From sequence record OM475428: a stretch of 49,662 nt of DNA; one strand, given 5' to 3'. The position numbers were made by a program, and so were the translations under genes. Every line of letters starts with the position of its first letter. Within the stretch, counting starts at the first letter, position 1. This DNA is from Escherichia phage 1W. The notes beneath the pieces are model-generated. The model ran no database searches, was not told where the DNA came from, and saw nothing but the letters and a program-made list of their open reading frames with translations. Positions 10,513-21,738 of the stretch are shown here, piece after piece.

Positions 10513-13066
10513 ACCGGTAGGCGATCTGGTCGTTGATTTAAGTCTGGATGCGGCCAGATTTGACGAGCAGATGGCCAGAGTCAGGCGTCATTTTTCCGGT
10601 ACGGAAAGTGATGCGAAAAAAACAGCGGCAGTCGTTGAACAGTCAATGAACCGACAGGCGCTGGCTGCACAGAAAGCGGGGATTTCCGTCGGGCAGTATA
10701 AAGCCGCCATGCGTATGCTGCCTGCACAGTTCACCGACGTGGCCACGCAGCTTGCAGGCGGGCAAAGCCCGTGGCTGATCCTGCTGCAACAGGGTGGTCA
10801 GGTTAAGGACTCCTTCGGCGGGATGATCCCCATGTTCAGGGGGCTTGCCGGTGCGATCACCCTGCCGATGGTCGGGGCCACCTCGCTGGCGGTGGCGACC
10901 GGTGCGCTGGCGTATGCCTGGTATCAGGGTAACTCAACCCTGTCCGATTTCAACAAAACGCTGGTCCTTTCCGGTCATCAGTCGGGTCTGACGGCAGATC
11001 GTATGCTGGTCCTGTCCAGAGCCGGGCAGGCGGCAGGGCTGACGTTTAACCAGACCAGCGAGTCACTCAGTGCACTGGTTAAGGCGGGGGTAAGCGGTGA
11101 GGCTCAGATTGTGTCCATCAGCCAGAGTGTGGCGCGTTTCTCCTCTGCATCCGGCGTGGAGGTGGACAAGGTCGCTGAAGCCTTCGGGAAGCTGACCACA
11201 GACCCGACGTCGGGGCTGACGGCGATGGCACGTCAGTTCCATAACGTGACGGCGGAGCAGATTGCGTATGTTGCTCAGTTGCAGCGTTCCGGCGATGAAG
11301 CCGGGGCATTGCAGGCGGCGAACGAGGCCGCAACGAAAGGGTTTGATGACCAGACCCGCCGCCTGAAAGAGAACATGGGCACGCTGGAGACCTGGGCAGA
11401 CAGGACCGCACGGGCATTCAAATCCATGTGGGATGCGGTGCTGGATATTGGTCGTCCTGATACCGCGCAGGAGATGCTGATTAAGGCAGAGGCCGCGTTT
11501 AAGAAAGCAGACGATATCTGGAATCTGCGCAAGGATGATTATTTTGTTAACGATGAAGCACGGGCGCGTTACTGGGATGATCGTGAAAAGGCCCGTCTTG
11601 CGCTTGAAGCCGCCCGAAAGAAGGCTGAACAGCAGAGTCAACAGGACAAAAATGCGCAGCAGCAGAGCGATACCGAAGCGTCACGGCTGAAATATACCGA
11701 AGAGGCGCAGAAGGCTTACGAACGCCTGCAGACACCGCTGGAGAAATATACCGCCCGCCAGGAAGAACTGAACAAGGCACTGAAAGACGGGAAAATCCTG
11801 CAGGCGGATTACAACACGCTGATGGCGGCGGCGAAAAAGGACTATGAAGCGACGCTGAAAAAGCCGAAGCAGTCCGGCGTGAAGGTGTCTGCGGGCGATC
11901 GTCAGGAAGACAGTGCTCATGCTGCCCTTCTGACGCTTCAGGCAGAACTCCGGACGCTGGAGAAGCATGCCGGAGCGAATGAGAAAATCAGCCAGCAGCG
12001 CCGGGATTTGTGGAAAGCGGAAAATCAGTTCGCAGTACTGGAGGAGGCAGCACAACGTCGCCAGCTGTCTGCACAGGAGAAATCCCTGCTGGCGCATAAA
12101 GATGAGACGCTGGAGTACAAACGCCAGCTGGCTGCACTTGGCGACAAGGTTACGTATCAGGAGCACCTGAACGCGCTGGCGCAGCAGGCGGATAAATTCG
12201 CACAGCAGCAACGGGCAAAACGGGCCGCCATTGATGCGAAAAGCCGGGGGCTGACTGACCGGCAGGCAGCGCGGGAAGCCACGGAACAGCGCCTGAAGGA
12301 GGAGTATGGCGATAATCCGCTGGCGCTGAATAACGTCATGTCAGAGCAGAAAAAGACCTGGGTGGCTGAAGACCAGCTTCGCGGGAGCTGGATGGCAGGC
12401 CTGAAGTCCGGCTGGAGTGAGTGGGAAGAGAGCGCCACGGACAGTATGTCGCAGGTAAAAAGTGCAGCCACGCAGACCTTTGATGGTATTGCACAGAATA
12501 TGGCGGCGATGCTGACCGGTAGTGAGCAGAACTGGCGCAGCTTCACCCGTTCCGTGCTGTCCATGATGACAGAAATTCTGCTTAAGCAGGCAATGGTGGG
12601 GATTGTCGGGAGTATCGGCAGCGCCATTGGCGGGGCTGTTGGTGGCGGCGCATCCGCGTCAGGCGGTACAGCCATTCAGGCCGCTGCGGCGAAATTCCAT
12701 TTTGCAACTGGAGGATTTACGGGAACCGGCGGCAAATATGAGCCAGCGGGGATTGTTCACCGTGGTGAATTTGTCTTCACGAAGGAGGCAACCAGCCGGA
12801 TTGGCGTGGGGAATCTCTACCGGCTGATGCGCGGCTATGCCACCGGCGGTTATGTCGGTACACCGGGCAGCATGGCAGACAGCCGGTCGCAGGCGTCCGG
12901 GACGTTTGAGCAGAATAACCATGTGGTGATTAACAACAACGGCACGAACGGGCAGATTGGGCCACAGGCGCTGAAGGCTGTGTATGACATGGCCCGCAAG
13001 GGTGCCCGTGATGAAATTCAGGCACAGATGCGTGATGGTGGCTTGTTATCCGGAGGTGGACGATGA
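10505..13066 (+). CDS. H: Tape measure protein (gpH)
   Basis: 853 aa, identical length to lambda gpH; coiled-coil-rich with a Gly-rich C-terminal segment; directly follows G-T. Confidence 0.9.
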   Translation: MAEPVGDLVVDLSLDAARFDEQMARVRRHFSGTESDAKKTAAVVEQSMNRQALAAQKAGISVGQYKAAMRMLPAQFTDVATQLAGGQSPWLILLQQGGQVKDSFGGMIPMFRGLAGAITLPMVGATSLAVATGALAYAWYQGNSTLSDFNKTLVLSGHQSGLTADRMLVLSRAGQAAGLTFNQTSESLSALVKAGVSGEAQIVSISQSVARFSSASGVEVDKVAEAFGKLTTDPTSGLTAMARQFHNVTAEQIAYVAQLQRSGDEAGALQAANEAATKGFDDQTRRLKENMGTLETWADRTARAFKSMWDAVLDIGRPDTAQEMLIKAEAAFKKADDIWNLRKDDYFVNDEARARYWDDREKARLALEAARKKAEQQSQQDKNAQQQSDTEASRLKYTEEAQKAYERLQTPLEKYTARQEELNKALKDGKILQADYNTLMAAAKKDYEATLKKPKQSGVKVSAGDRQEDSAHAALLTLQAELRTLEKHAGANEKISQQRRDLWKAENQFAVLEEAAQRRQLSAQEKSLLAHKDETLEYKRQLAALGDKVTYQEHLNALAQQADKFAQQQRAKRAAIDAKSRGLTDRQAAREATEQRLKEEYGDNPLALNNVMSEQKKTWVAEDQLRGSWMAGLKSGWSEWEESATDSMSQVKSAATQTFDGIAQNMAAMLTGSEQNWRSFTRSVLSMMTEILLKQAMVGIVGSIGSAIGGAVGGGASASGGTAIQAAAAKFHFATGGFTGTGGKYEPAGIVHRGEFVFTKEATSRIGVGNLYRLMRGYATGGYVGTPGSMADSRSQASGTFEQNNHVVINNNGTNGQIGPQALKAVYDMARKGARDEIQAQMRDGGLLSGGGR

Positions 13067-13392
13067 AAACCTTCCGCTGGAAAGTGAAACCCGGGATGGA
13101 TGTGACATCGGCTCCTTCCGTCAGGGAGGTGCGCTTTGGTGATGGCTATTCCCAGCGTGCGCCTGCCGGGCTGAATGCCGACCTGAAAACGTACAGCGTG
13201 ACGCTTTCTGTTCCCCGTTGGGAGGCCACGGCGCTGGAGTCGTTTCTGGCTGAGCACGGGGGCTGGAAGGCCTTTCTGTGGACGCCGCCTTATGGTTACA
13301 GGCAGATAAAGGTGACCTGCGCAAAATGGTCGTCGCAGGTCAGTATGTTGCGTGTTGAGTTCAGCGCAGAGTTTAAACAGGTGGTGAACTGA
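13063..13392 (+). CDS. M: Minor tail protein M
   Basis: 109 aa; lambda gpM length and position, overlapping the H stop. Confidence 0.85.
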   Translation: MKTFRWKVKPGMDVTSAPSVREVRFGDGYSQRAPAGLNADLKTYSVTLSVPRWEATALESFLAEHGGWKAFLWTPPYGYRQIKVTCAKWSSQVSMLRVEFSAEFKQVVN

Positions 13393-14090
13393 TGCAGGAT
13401 ATCCGACAGGAAACACTGAATGAATGCACCCGTGCGGAGCAGTCGGCCAGCGTGGTGCTCTGGGAAATCGATCTGACAGAGGTCGGTGGCGAGCGTTATT
13501 TTTTCTGTAATGAGCAGAACGAAAAAGGTGAGCCGGTCACCTGGCAGGGGCGACAGTATCAGGCGTATCCCATTCAGGGGAGCGGTTTTGAACTGAATGG
13601 CAAAGGCACCAGTACGCGCCCCACGCTGACGGTTTCTAACCTGTACGGTATGGTCACCGGGATGGTGGAAGATCTGCAGAGTCTGGTCGGCGGAACGGTG
13701 GTCAGGCGTAAGGTTTACGCCCGTTTTCTGGATGCGGTGAATTTCGTCAACGGAAACAGCGATGCCGATCCGGAGCAGGAGGTGATCAGCCGCTGGCGCA
13801 TTGAGCAGTGCAGCGAACTGAGCGCGGTGAGTGCCTCTTTTGTACTGTCCACGCCGACGGAAACGGACGGCGCTGTTTTTCCGGGACGTATCATGCTGGC
13901 CAACACCTGCACCTGGACCTATCGCGGCGATGAGTGCGGTTATCACGGTCCGGCGGTCGCGGATGAATATGACCAGCCAACGTCCGATATCACGAAGGAT
14001 AAATGCAGCAAATGCCTGAGTGGCTGTAAGTTTCGCAATAACGTCGGCAACTTTGGCGGCTTCCTTTCCATTAACAAACTTTCGCAGTAA
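13392..14090 (+). CDS. L: Minor tail protein L
   Basis: 232 aa; lambda gpL position and length; C-terminal Cys cluster (CTWTYRGDECGY ... CSKCLSGC). Confidence 0.85.
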   Translation: MQDIRQETLNECTRAEQSASVVLWEIDLTEVGGERYFFCNEQNEKGEPVTWQGRQYQAYPIQGSGFELNGKGTSTRPTLTVSNLYGMVTGMVEDLQSLVGGTVVRRKVYARFLDAVNFVNGNSDADPEQEVISRWRIEQCSELSAVSASFVLSTPTETDGAVFPGRIMLANTCTWTYRGDECGYHGPAVADEYDQPTSDITKDKCSKCLSGCKFRNNVGNFGGFLSINKLSQ

Positions 14091-14095
14091 ATCCC

Positions 14096-14839
14096 ATGAC
14101 ACAGACAGAATCAGCGATTCTGGCGCACGCCCGGCGATGTGCGCCAGCGGAGTCGTGCGGCTTCGTGGTGAGAACGCCGGAGGGGGAAAGATATTTTCCC
14201 TGCGTGAATATCTCCGGTGAGCCGGAGGATTATTTCCGGATGTCGCCGGAGGACTGGCTGCAGGCAGAAATGCAGGGTGAGATAGTCGCGCTGGTCCACA
14301 GCCACCCCGGTGGTCTGCCCTGGCTGAGTGAGGCCGACCGGCGGCTGCAGGTGCAGAGTGATTTGCCGTGGTGGCTGGTCTGCCGGGGGACGATTCATAA
14401 GTTCCGCTGTGTGCCGCATCTCACCGGGCGGCGCTTTGAGCACGGGGTGACGGACTGTTACACGCTGTTCCGGGATGCTTATCATCTGGCGGGGATTGAG
14501 ATGCCGGATTTTACGCGGGAGGATGACTGGTGGCGTCACGGTCAGAATCTCTATCTGGATAATCTGGAGGCAGCGGGGCTGTATCAGGTGCCGTTGTCAG
14601 CGGCGCAGCCGGGCGATGTGCTGCTGTGCTGCTTTGGTTCATCGGTGCCGAATCATGCCGCTATTTACTGTGGTGATGGCGAGCTGCTGCACCATATTCC
14701 TGAACAACTGAGCAAACGAGAGAGGTATACCGACAAATGGCAGCGACGCACACACTCCCTCTGGCGTCACCGGGCATGGCACGCATCTGCCTTTACGGGG
14801 ATTTACAACGATTTGGCCGCCGCATCGATCTTCGTGTGA
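14096..14839 (+). CDS. K: Tail tip assembly protein K (JAB/MPN plus NlpC/P60-like)
   Basis: Matches lambda gpK region (HSHPGG metal-binding motif); the ORF may include an N-terminal extension relative to the annotated lambda K start; overlaps I. Confidence 0.8.
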   Translation: MTQTESAILAHARRCAPAESCGFVVRTPEGERYFPCVNISGEPEDYFRMSPEDWLQAEMQGEIVALVHSHPGGLPWLSEADRRLQVQSDLPWWLVCRGTIHKFRCVPHLTGRRFEHGVTDCYTLFRDAYHLAGIEMPDFTREDDWWRHGQNLYLDNLEAAGLYQVPLSAAQPGDVLLCCFGSSVPNHAAIYCGDGELLHHIPEQLSKRERYTDKWQRRTHSLWRHRAWHASAFTGIYNDLAAASIFV

Positions 14840-15408
14840 AAACGGGGGCTGAAGCTATCCGGGCGCTGGCCACACAGCTCCCGGCGTTTCGTCAGAAACT
14901 GAATGACGGCTGGTATCAGGTACGGATTGCCGGGCGGGATGTCAGCACGTCCGGATTAACGGCGCAGTTACATGAGACTCTGCCTGATGGCGCTGTGATT
15001 CATATTGTTCCCAGAGTCGCCGGGGCCAAGTCAGGTGGTGTATTCCAGATTGTCCTGGGAGCTGCCGCCATTGCCGGATCATTCTTTACTGCCGGAGCCA
15101 CCCTTGCAGCATGGGGGGCAGCCATTGGGGCCGGTGGTATGACCGGCATCCTGTTTTCTCTCGGTGCCAGTATGGTGCTCGGTGGTGTGGCGCAGATGCT
15201 CGCACCGAAAGCCAGGACGCCCACAGCGACCAGCACGGATAACGGTAAGCAGAACACCTATTTCTCTTCACTGGATAACATGGTTGCCCAGGGCAATGTT
15301 TTGCCTGTTCTGTACGGTGAAATGCGCGTGGGGTCACGCGTGGTTTCTCAGGAGATCAGCACGGCAGACGAAGGGGACGGTGGTCAGGTTGTGGTGATTG
15401 GTCGCTGA
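14737..15408 (+). CDS. I: Tail tip assembly protein I
   Basis: 223 aa; near-identical to lambda gpI from recall, overlapping the K 3' end. Confidence 0.9.
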   Translation: MAATHTLPLASPGMARICLYGDLQRFGRRIDLRVKTGAEAIRALATQLPAFRQKLNDGWYQVRIAGRDVSTSGLTAQLHETLPDGAVIHIVPRVAGAKSGGVFQIVLGAAAIAGSFFTAGATLAAWGAAIGAGGMTGILFSLGASMVLGGVAQMLAPKARTPTATSTDNGKQNTYFSSLDNMVAQGNVLPVLYGEMRVGSRVVSQEISTADEGDGGQVVVIGR

Positions 15409-15468
15409 TGCAAAATGTTTTATGTGAAACCGCCTGCGGGCGGTTTTGTCGTTTATGGAGCGTGAGGA

Positions 15469-18400
15469 ATGGGTAAAGGCAGCAGTAAGGGGCATACCCC
15501 GCGCGAAGCGAAGGACAACCTGAAGTCCACGCAGTTGCTGAGTGTGATCGATGCCATCAGCGAAGGGCCGATAGAAGGTCCGGTGGATGGATTAAAAAGC
15601 GTGCTGCTGAACAGTACACCGGTGCTGGACAGTGAGGGAAATACCAACATCTCCGGCGTCACGGTGGTGTTCCGGGCAGGTGAGCAGGAGCAGACACCGC
15701 CGGAGGGATTTGAATCCTCCGGTTCCGAGACGGTGCTGGGTACGGAAGTGAAATATGACACGCCGATCACCCGCACCATTACGTCTGCAAACATCGACCG
15801 TCTGCGCTTTACCTTCGGTGTGCAGGCACTGGTGGAAACCACTTCAAAGGGGGACCGTAATCCGTCGGAAGTCCGCCTGCTGGTTCAGATACAGCGTAAC
15901 GGTGGCTGGGTGACGGAAAAAGACATAACCATTAAGGGCAAAACCACCTCGCAGTATCTGGCCTCGGTGGTGGTGGATAACCTGCCTCCGCGCCCGTTCA
16001 ATATCCGGATGCGCAGGATGACACCGGACAGCACCACAGACCAGCTGCAGAACAAAACGCTCTGGTCGTCATACACCGAAATCATCGATGTGAAACAGTG
16101 CTACCCGAACACGGCACTGGTCGGCGTGCAGGTGGACTCGGAACAGTTCGGCAGCCAGCAGGTGAGCCGTAATTATCATCTTCGCGGGCGCATTCTGCAG
16201 GTGCCGTCGAACTATAACCCGCAGACGCGGCAATACATCGGTATCTGGGACGGGACGTTTAAACCGGCATACAGCAACAACATGGCCTGGTGTCTGTGGG
16301 ATATGCTGACCCACCCGCGCTACGGCATGGGTAAACGTCTTGGTGCGGCAGATGTGGATAAATGGGCGCTGTATGTCATCGGCCAGAATTGCGACCAGTC
16401 GGTGCCGGACGGTTTTGGCGGCACGGAGCCGCGCATCACCTGTAACGCTTACCTGACCACACAGCGCAAGGCGTGGGATGTGCTCAGTGATTTCTGCTCG
16501 GCGATGCGCTGTATGCCGGTATGGAACGGGCAGACGCTGACGTTCGTGCAGGACCGGCCATCGGATAAGGTGTGGACCTATAACCGCAGTAATGTGGTGA
16601 TGCCGGAAGATGGCGCGCCGTTCCGCTACAGCTTCAGCGCCCTGAAGGACCGTCATAATGCCGTTGAGGTGAACTGGATTGACCCGGATAACGGCTGGGA
16701 GACGGCGACAGAGCTTGTGGAGGACACGCGGGCCATTGCCCGTTACGGTCGTAATGTCACGAAGATGGACGCCTTTGGCTGTACCAGCCGGGGGCAGGCA
16801 CACCGAGCCGGGCTGTGGCTGATTAAAACGGAGCTGCTGGAAACGCAGACCGTGGACTTTAGCGTGGGTGCTGAAGGGCTTCGCCATGTACCGGGCGATG
16901 TCATTGAAATCTGCGATGATGACTATGCCGGTATCAGCACCGGCGGGCGCGTGCTGGCGGTGAACAGCCAGACCCGGACGCTGACGCTCGACCGTGAAAT
17001 CACGCTGCCATCCTCCGGCACCACGCTGATAAGCCTGGTTGACGGGCAGGGTAATCCGGTGAGCGTGGAGGTTCAGTCCGTCACCGACGGCGTGAAGGTG
17101 AAAGTGAGCCGGGTTCCTGACGGCGTTGCCGAATACAGCGTGTGGGGGCTGAAGCTGCCGACGCTGCGCCAGCGCCTGTTCCGCTGTGTGAGTATCCGTG
17201 AGAATGACGACGGTACGTATGCCATCACCGCCGTGCAGCATGTACCGGCAAAAGAGGCCATCGTGGATAACGGGGCGCACTTTGACGGCGACCAGAGCGG
17301 AACGGTAAACGGTGTCACGCCGCCAGCAGTACAGCACCTGACCGCAGAAGTCACCGCAGACAGCGGGGAATACCAGGTGCTGGCGCGCTGGGATACGCCG
17401 AAGGTGGTGAAGGGGGTGAGCTTTATGCTTCGCCTGACCGTGGCAGCGGATGACGGCAGTGAGCGGCTGGTCAGCACGGCCCGGACGACGGAAACCACAT
17501 ACCGCTTCACGCAACTGGCGCTGGGAAACTACAGGCTGACAGTCCGGGCGGCAAATGCCTGGGGGCAGCAGGGCGATCCGGCATCGGTATCGTTCCGTAT
17601 TGCCGCACCGGCAGCGCCGTCGCGGATTGAGCTGACGCCGGGCTATTTTCAGATCACCGCCACGCCGCATCTTGCCGTTTATGATCCGACGGTACAGTTT
17701 GAGTTCTGGTTCTCGGAAAAGCGGGTTGCGGATATCAGGCAGGTTGAAACTACAGCCCGCTATCTTGGCACGGCGCTGTACTGGATAGCTGCCAGTATCA
17801 ATATCAAGCCGGGCCATGATTATTATTTTTATATCCGCAGTGTGAATACTGTTGGCAAATCGGCATTCGTGGAGGCTGTCGGTCGGGCGAGCGATGATGC
17901 GGAAGGTTACCTGGATTTTTTCAAAGGCCAGATAACCGAATCCCATCTCGGCAAGGAGCTGCTGGAAAAAGTCGAGCTGACGGAGGATAACGCCAGCAAA
18001 CTGGAGGAGTTCTCGAAAGAGTGGAAAGACGCCAACGATAAATGGAATGCCATGTGGGGTGTCAAAATTGAGCAGACCGAAGACGGCAAACATTATGTCG
18101 CGGGGCTTGGCCTCAGCATGGAGGATACAGAGGAAGGCAAACTGAGCCAGTTCCTGGTTGCCGCTAACCGTATCGCGTTTATTGACCCGGCAAACGGGAA
18201 TGAAACGCCGATGTTTGTGGCGCAGGGCAACCAGATATTCATGAACGAAGTGTTCCTGAAGTATCTGACGGCTCCCACCATTACCAGCGGCGGCAATCCG
18301 CCGGTATTTTCCCTGACACCGGACGGGCGGCTGACGGCGAAAAATGCCGATATCAGCGGTAACGTGAATGCGAACTCCGGGACGCTCAATAATGTCACGA

Positions 18401-18867
18401 TTAACCAGAACTGTCGGATTATGGGAAAACTGTCTGCCAACCAGATTGAAGGTGATATTGTCAAAACGGTGGGAAAAGCCTTTCCGAGAAATGGCAGTTA
18501 TGCCAGCGGTACAATAACGGTCACTGTGTACGATGACCAGGCTTTTGACCGTCAGATAGTAATCCCACCCGTTCTGTTTCGCGGTGGTAAGCATGAAAAC
18601 TTCAACAGCAACAACCAACAGTCATACTGGTATTCAACCTGTAAGCTGCAGGTACTGAAGAACGGACAGGAAATCTTTCAGCAACCCGCGACGGATGTCA
18701 GCAGGGTATTTTCATCAGTCATTGATATGCCTGCCGGACACGGCCATGTCACCCTGACTTTCAATGTTTCTTCATATGGTGCTAATAACTGGACGCCAAC
18801 GACCAGTATCAGCGACCTTCTTGTTGTTGTGATGAAGAAATCTACAGCCGGTATCAGTATCAGTTGA
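15469..18867 (+). CDS. J: Central tail fibre / host specificity protein J
   Basis: 1132 aa, same length as lambda gpJ, located after I. Confidence 0.9.
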   Translation: MGKGSSKGHTPREAKDNLKSTQLLSVIDAISEGPIEGPVDGLKSVLLNSTPVLDSEGNTNISGVTVVFRAGEQEQTPPEGFESSGSETVLGTEVKYDTPITRTITSANIDRLRFTFGVQALVETTSKGDRNPSEVRLLVQIQRNGGWVTEKDITIKGKTTSQYLASVVVDNLPPRPFNIRMRRMTPDSTTDQLQNKTLWSSYTEIIDVKQCYPNTALVGVQVDSEQFGSQQVSRNYHLRGRILQVPSNYNPQTRQYIGIWDGTFKPAYSNNMAWCLWDMLTHPRYGMGKRLGAADVDKWALYVIGQNCDQSVPDGFGGTEPRITCNAYLTTQRKAWDVLSDFCSAMRCMPVWNGQTLTFVQDRPSDKVWTYNRSNVVMPEDGAPFRYSFSALKDRHNAVEVNWIDPDNGWETATELVEDTRAIARYGRNVTKMDAFGCTSRGQAHRAGLWLIKTELLETQTVDFSVGAEGLRHVPGDVIEICDDDYAGISTGGRVLAVNSQTRTLTLDREITLPSSGTTLISLVDGQGNPVSVEVQSVTDGVKVKVSRVPDGVAEYSVWGLKLPTLRQRLFRCVSIRENDDGTYAITAVQHVPAKEAIVDNGAHFDGDQSGTVNGVTPPAVQHLTAEVTADSGEYQVLARWDTPKVVKGVSFMLRLTVAADDGSERLVSTARTTETTYRFTQLALGNYRLTVRAANAWGQQGDPASVSFRIAAPAAPSRIELTPGYFQITATPHLAVYDPTVQFEFWFSEKRVADIRQVETTARYLGTALYWIAASINIKPGHDYYFYIRSVNTVGKSAFVEAVGRASDDAEGYLDFFKGQITESHLGKELLEKVELTEDNASKLEEFSKEWKDANDKWNAMWGVKIEQTEDGKHYVAGLGLSMEDTEEGKLSQFLVAANRIAFIDPANGNETPMFVAQGNQIFMNEVFLKYLTAPTITSGGNPPVFSLTPDGRLTAKNADISGNVNANSGTLNNVTINQNCRIMGKLSANQIEGDIVKTVGKAFPRNGSYASGTITVTVYDDQAFDRQIVIPPVLFRGGKHENFNSNNQQSYWYSTCKLQVLKNGQEIFQQPATDVSRVFSSVIDMPAGHGHVTLTFNVSSYGANNWTPTTSISDLLVVVMKKSTAGISIS

Positions 18868-18925
18868 ATTTTATAACCCAGATACGGGTGCCAGAAATGG
18901 CGCCTTTTTTATTTGTGGAGTGAAT

Positions 18926-20854
18926 ATGGCAGTACAGATTTCAGGCGTGCTGAAAGACGGTGCAGGAAAACCGATACAGAACTGCACCATTCAGCTCAAA
19001 GCAAAACGTAACAGCACCACGGTTGTGGTGAACACGGTGGCCTCAGAAAATCCGGATGAAGCCGGACGTTACAGCATGGATGTCGAGTATGGCCAGTACA
19101 GCGTTATCCTGCTGGTTGAAGGTTTTCCGCCTTCACATGCCGGGACCATCACCGTGTATGAGGATTCTAAGCCGGGGACGCTGAATGATTTTCTGGGGGC
19201 CATGACGGAAGAGGATGTCATGCCGGAGGCATTGCGTCGTTTTGAGGTAATGGTGGAGGATGTGGCACGCAACGCTGAAGCCGCCTCTCAGAGCGCAGCG
19301 GCAGCAAAGAAATCAGAAACAGCAGCGGCATCGTCCAGGAACGCGGCGAAAACATCAGAGACGAATGCAGGTAACAGCGCGAAAGCGGCAGCTTCTTCAA
19401 AAACAGCCGCACAAAACGCAGCAACAGCGGCAGAACGTTCAGAGACAAATGCCCGTGCGTCAGAAGAAGCCTCCGCAGACAGTGAAGAGGCTTCCCGCCG
19501 TAATGCAGAGTCAGCCGCTGAAAATGCCGGAGTCGCCACCACAAAAGCGCGGGAGGCTGCAGCAGACGCAACAAAGGCCGGGCAGAAAAAGGATGAGGCT
19601 CTGTCGGCAGCGACACGAGCTGAAAAGGCGGCAGACCGCGCAGAAGCCGCAGCGGAAGTGACTGCAGAGCCCTATGCGAATATAGTGCCGCCGCTGCCTG
19701 ATGTGTGGATACCGTTTAACGATTCACTGGATATGATTGCGGGTTTTTCTCCGGGCTATAAAAAAATAGCTATTGGTGACGATGTGGTTCAGGTCGCCAG
19801 TGATAAACAGGTTAATTTCAGTCGCGCATCAACGGCAACATATATCAACAAATCTGGCGAACTGAAAACGGCGGAAATTAATGAGCCGCGATTTGAGTGT
19901 GATGGCCTGCTTATTGAGGGACAAAGAACGAACTACATGCTCAATTCGGAAAGTCCAGCCAGCTGGGGGAAGTCATCAAACATGGATGTGCCCGAAACTG
20001 GGACGGATAGTTTTGGTTTTACTTATGGAAAGTTTGTCTGCAACGATTCTCTGGTTGGGCAAACTTCGGCTATTAATATGGCATCAATTGCTGCAACAAA
20101 GTCAGTTGATGTCTCAGGCGATAACAAGTACGTGACAACCTCATGCCGTTTTAAAACAGAACGACAGGTAAGGTTACGTATACGGTTTGATAAGTATGAT
20201 GGTAGTGCAACAACTTTTCTTGGCGATGCGTACATTGATACGCAAACGCTTGAAATTAATATGACAGGTGGTGCTGCCGGCAGAATTACGGCACGAGTCA
20301 GGAAGGATAAGACCACGGGCTGGATTTTTGCAGAGGCAACGATTCAGGCAATTGATGGTGAGTTAAAAATAGGCTCTCAGATACAGTATTCTCCTGAGCA
20401 GGGTGGGGCAACAGTATCTGGTGACTATATTTATCTTGCCACCCCACAAGTAGAGAATGGGCCGTGTGTATCATCATTTATTATTTCAGGAGGCAGCGCA
20501 ACGACAAGAGCCAGTGATTTGGTTAGTATCCCCACCAGAAATAATCTTTATAAGTTACCATTTACTTTTTTACTTGAGATTCATAAAAACTGGGATATTG
20601 CACCAAACGCCGCACCCCGCGTGTGGGATATAGCAGCCAATACCGGGCAATCAGCAATTGCAGCAATCAACAGAGGTAGTGGTAAGTTATATATGAGTCT
20701 GTCAAACCCTTCAGGCTCGTATGTTAATAGCGCAGCGACAGATGTATTTGCAGAGAAAACCACATTTGGATGTATTGCAAAAGCTGATGGTCACTTTCAT
20801 GTGGTGACAAATGGTAAAGCGGTTAATGAAGTTTATTGTGAATATAATGGGTAA
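18926..20854 (+). pseudogene. stf: Side tail fibre gene interrupted near its 3' end by an IS66-family insertion; encodes a product lacking the last 43 residues
   Basis: N-terminus near-identical to lambda Stf (MAVxISGVLKDGxGKPxQNCTIQLKAxRNSTTVVVNTV) with Ala/Ser-rich repeats. The stop codon TAA is supplied by the first bases of the IS left end at 20851. Confidence 0.8.
20843..20850. repeat. 8-bp target site duplication TATAATGG (left copy)
   Basis: Identical 8-mer immediately flanks both IS ends (20843-20850 and 23383-23390). Confidence 0.8.
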
Positions 20855-20935
20855 GCGTAAACTGACCGCCGTATGTAGCCATCAGACGAGAATTGGTAAC
20901 TTAGACGCCCATCTGATATAGACGGACATCTAAGT

Positions 20936-21361
20936 ATGGAATTACAGGACTGGCGAAAAGAACCTCGTAAAAACTATTCGAATGAATTCAAACTTCGTAT
21001 GGTGGAACTGGCATCACAACCTGGAGCTTGTGTTGCACAGATTGCACGTGAAAATGGCGTCAATGATAATGTTATTTTCAAATGGCTCAGGCTCTGGCAG
21101 AACGAAGGGCGTGTTTCGCGGCGTCTTCCGGTAACGACCTCTTCTGACACTGGCGTTGAATTATTACCTGTAGAAATAACGCCGGATGAGCAGAAAGAAC
21201 CTGTGGCGGCCATTGCGCCGTCTTTATCCACTTCCACTCAGACCAGAGTCAGTGCCAGTTCCTGCAAGGTGGAATTCCGTCACGGTAACATGACGCTGGA
21301 AAATCCATCGCCAGAGCTGCTCACAGTGTTGATCCGTGAACTGACCGGGAGGGGAAGATGA
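20936..21361 (+). CDS. IS66 family accessory protein (orf1/TnpA-like, HTH)
   Basis: 141 aa; IS66 orf1-like N-terminus; overlaps orf2 by 4 nt. Confidence 0.8.
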   Translation: MELQDWRKEPRKNYSNEFKLRMVELASQPGACVAQIARENGVNDNVIFKWLRLWQNEGRVSRRLPVTTSSDTGVELLPVEITPDEQKEPVAAIAPSLSTSTQTRVSASSCKVEFRHGNMTLENPSPELLTVLIRELTGRGR

Positions 21362-21708
21362 TCTCACTCCCATCAGGTACCCGTATCTGGCTCGTTGCCG
21401 GCGTTACCGATATGCGTAAATCCTTCAACGGACTGGGAGAACAGGTACAACATGTGCTGAATGATAATCCCTTCTCCGGTCACCTGTTTATCTTCCGTGG
21501 CCGACGGGGTGACACCGTCAAAATTCTTTGGGCTGATGCTGATGGTCTGTGCCTGTTCACCAAACGCCTGGAGGAAGGCCAGTTTATCTGGCCTGCGGTA
21601 CGTGACGGCAAGGTATCCATTACCCGCTCGCAACTGGCAATGCTCCTCGATAAGCTGGACTGGCGTCAGCCAAAAACATCCAGCCGTAACTCACTGACAA
21701 TGTTGTAA
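21358..21708 (+). CDS. IS66 family TnpB-like protein (orf2)
   Basis: 116 aa with the typical IS66 orf2 motif (RIWLVAGVTDMRKSFNGL). Confidence 0.85.
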   Translation: MISLPSGTRIWLVAGVTDMRKSFNGLGEQVQHVLNDNPFSGHLFIFRGRRGDTVKILWADADGLCLFTKRLEEGQFIWPAVRDGKVSITRSQLAMLLDKLDWRQPKTSSRNSLTML

Positions 21709-21738
21709 AAAACTCCTGACCGCATTATAAAAACGGTC

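Noticed and set aside
11063-12675. Several 80-190-aa ORFs on the minus strand and in alternative frames within gene H
   Set aside because: They are nested within or antisense to the tape measure gene, lack plausible starts and have low-complexity composition.
16069-18618. 849-aa ORF on the minus strand
   Set aside because: It lies entirely antisense to the well-supported J gene, with Arg/His/Pro-rich composition typical of spurious antisense ORFs in GC-rich coding DNA.
18868-18925. Possible lom gene between J and stf, as in lambda
   Set aside because: Only about 50 bp separates J from stf; no ORF is present, so lom is absent in this phage.
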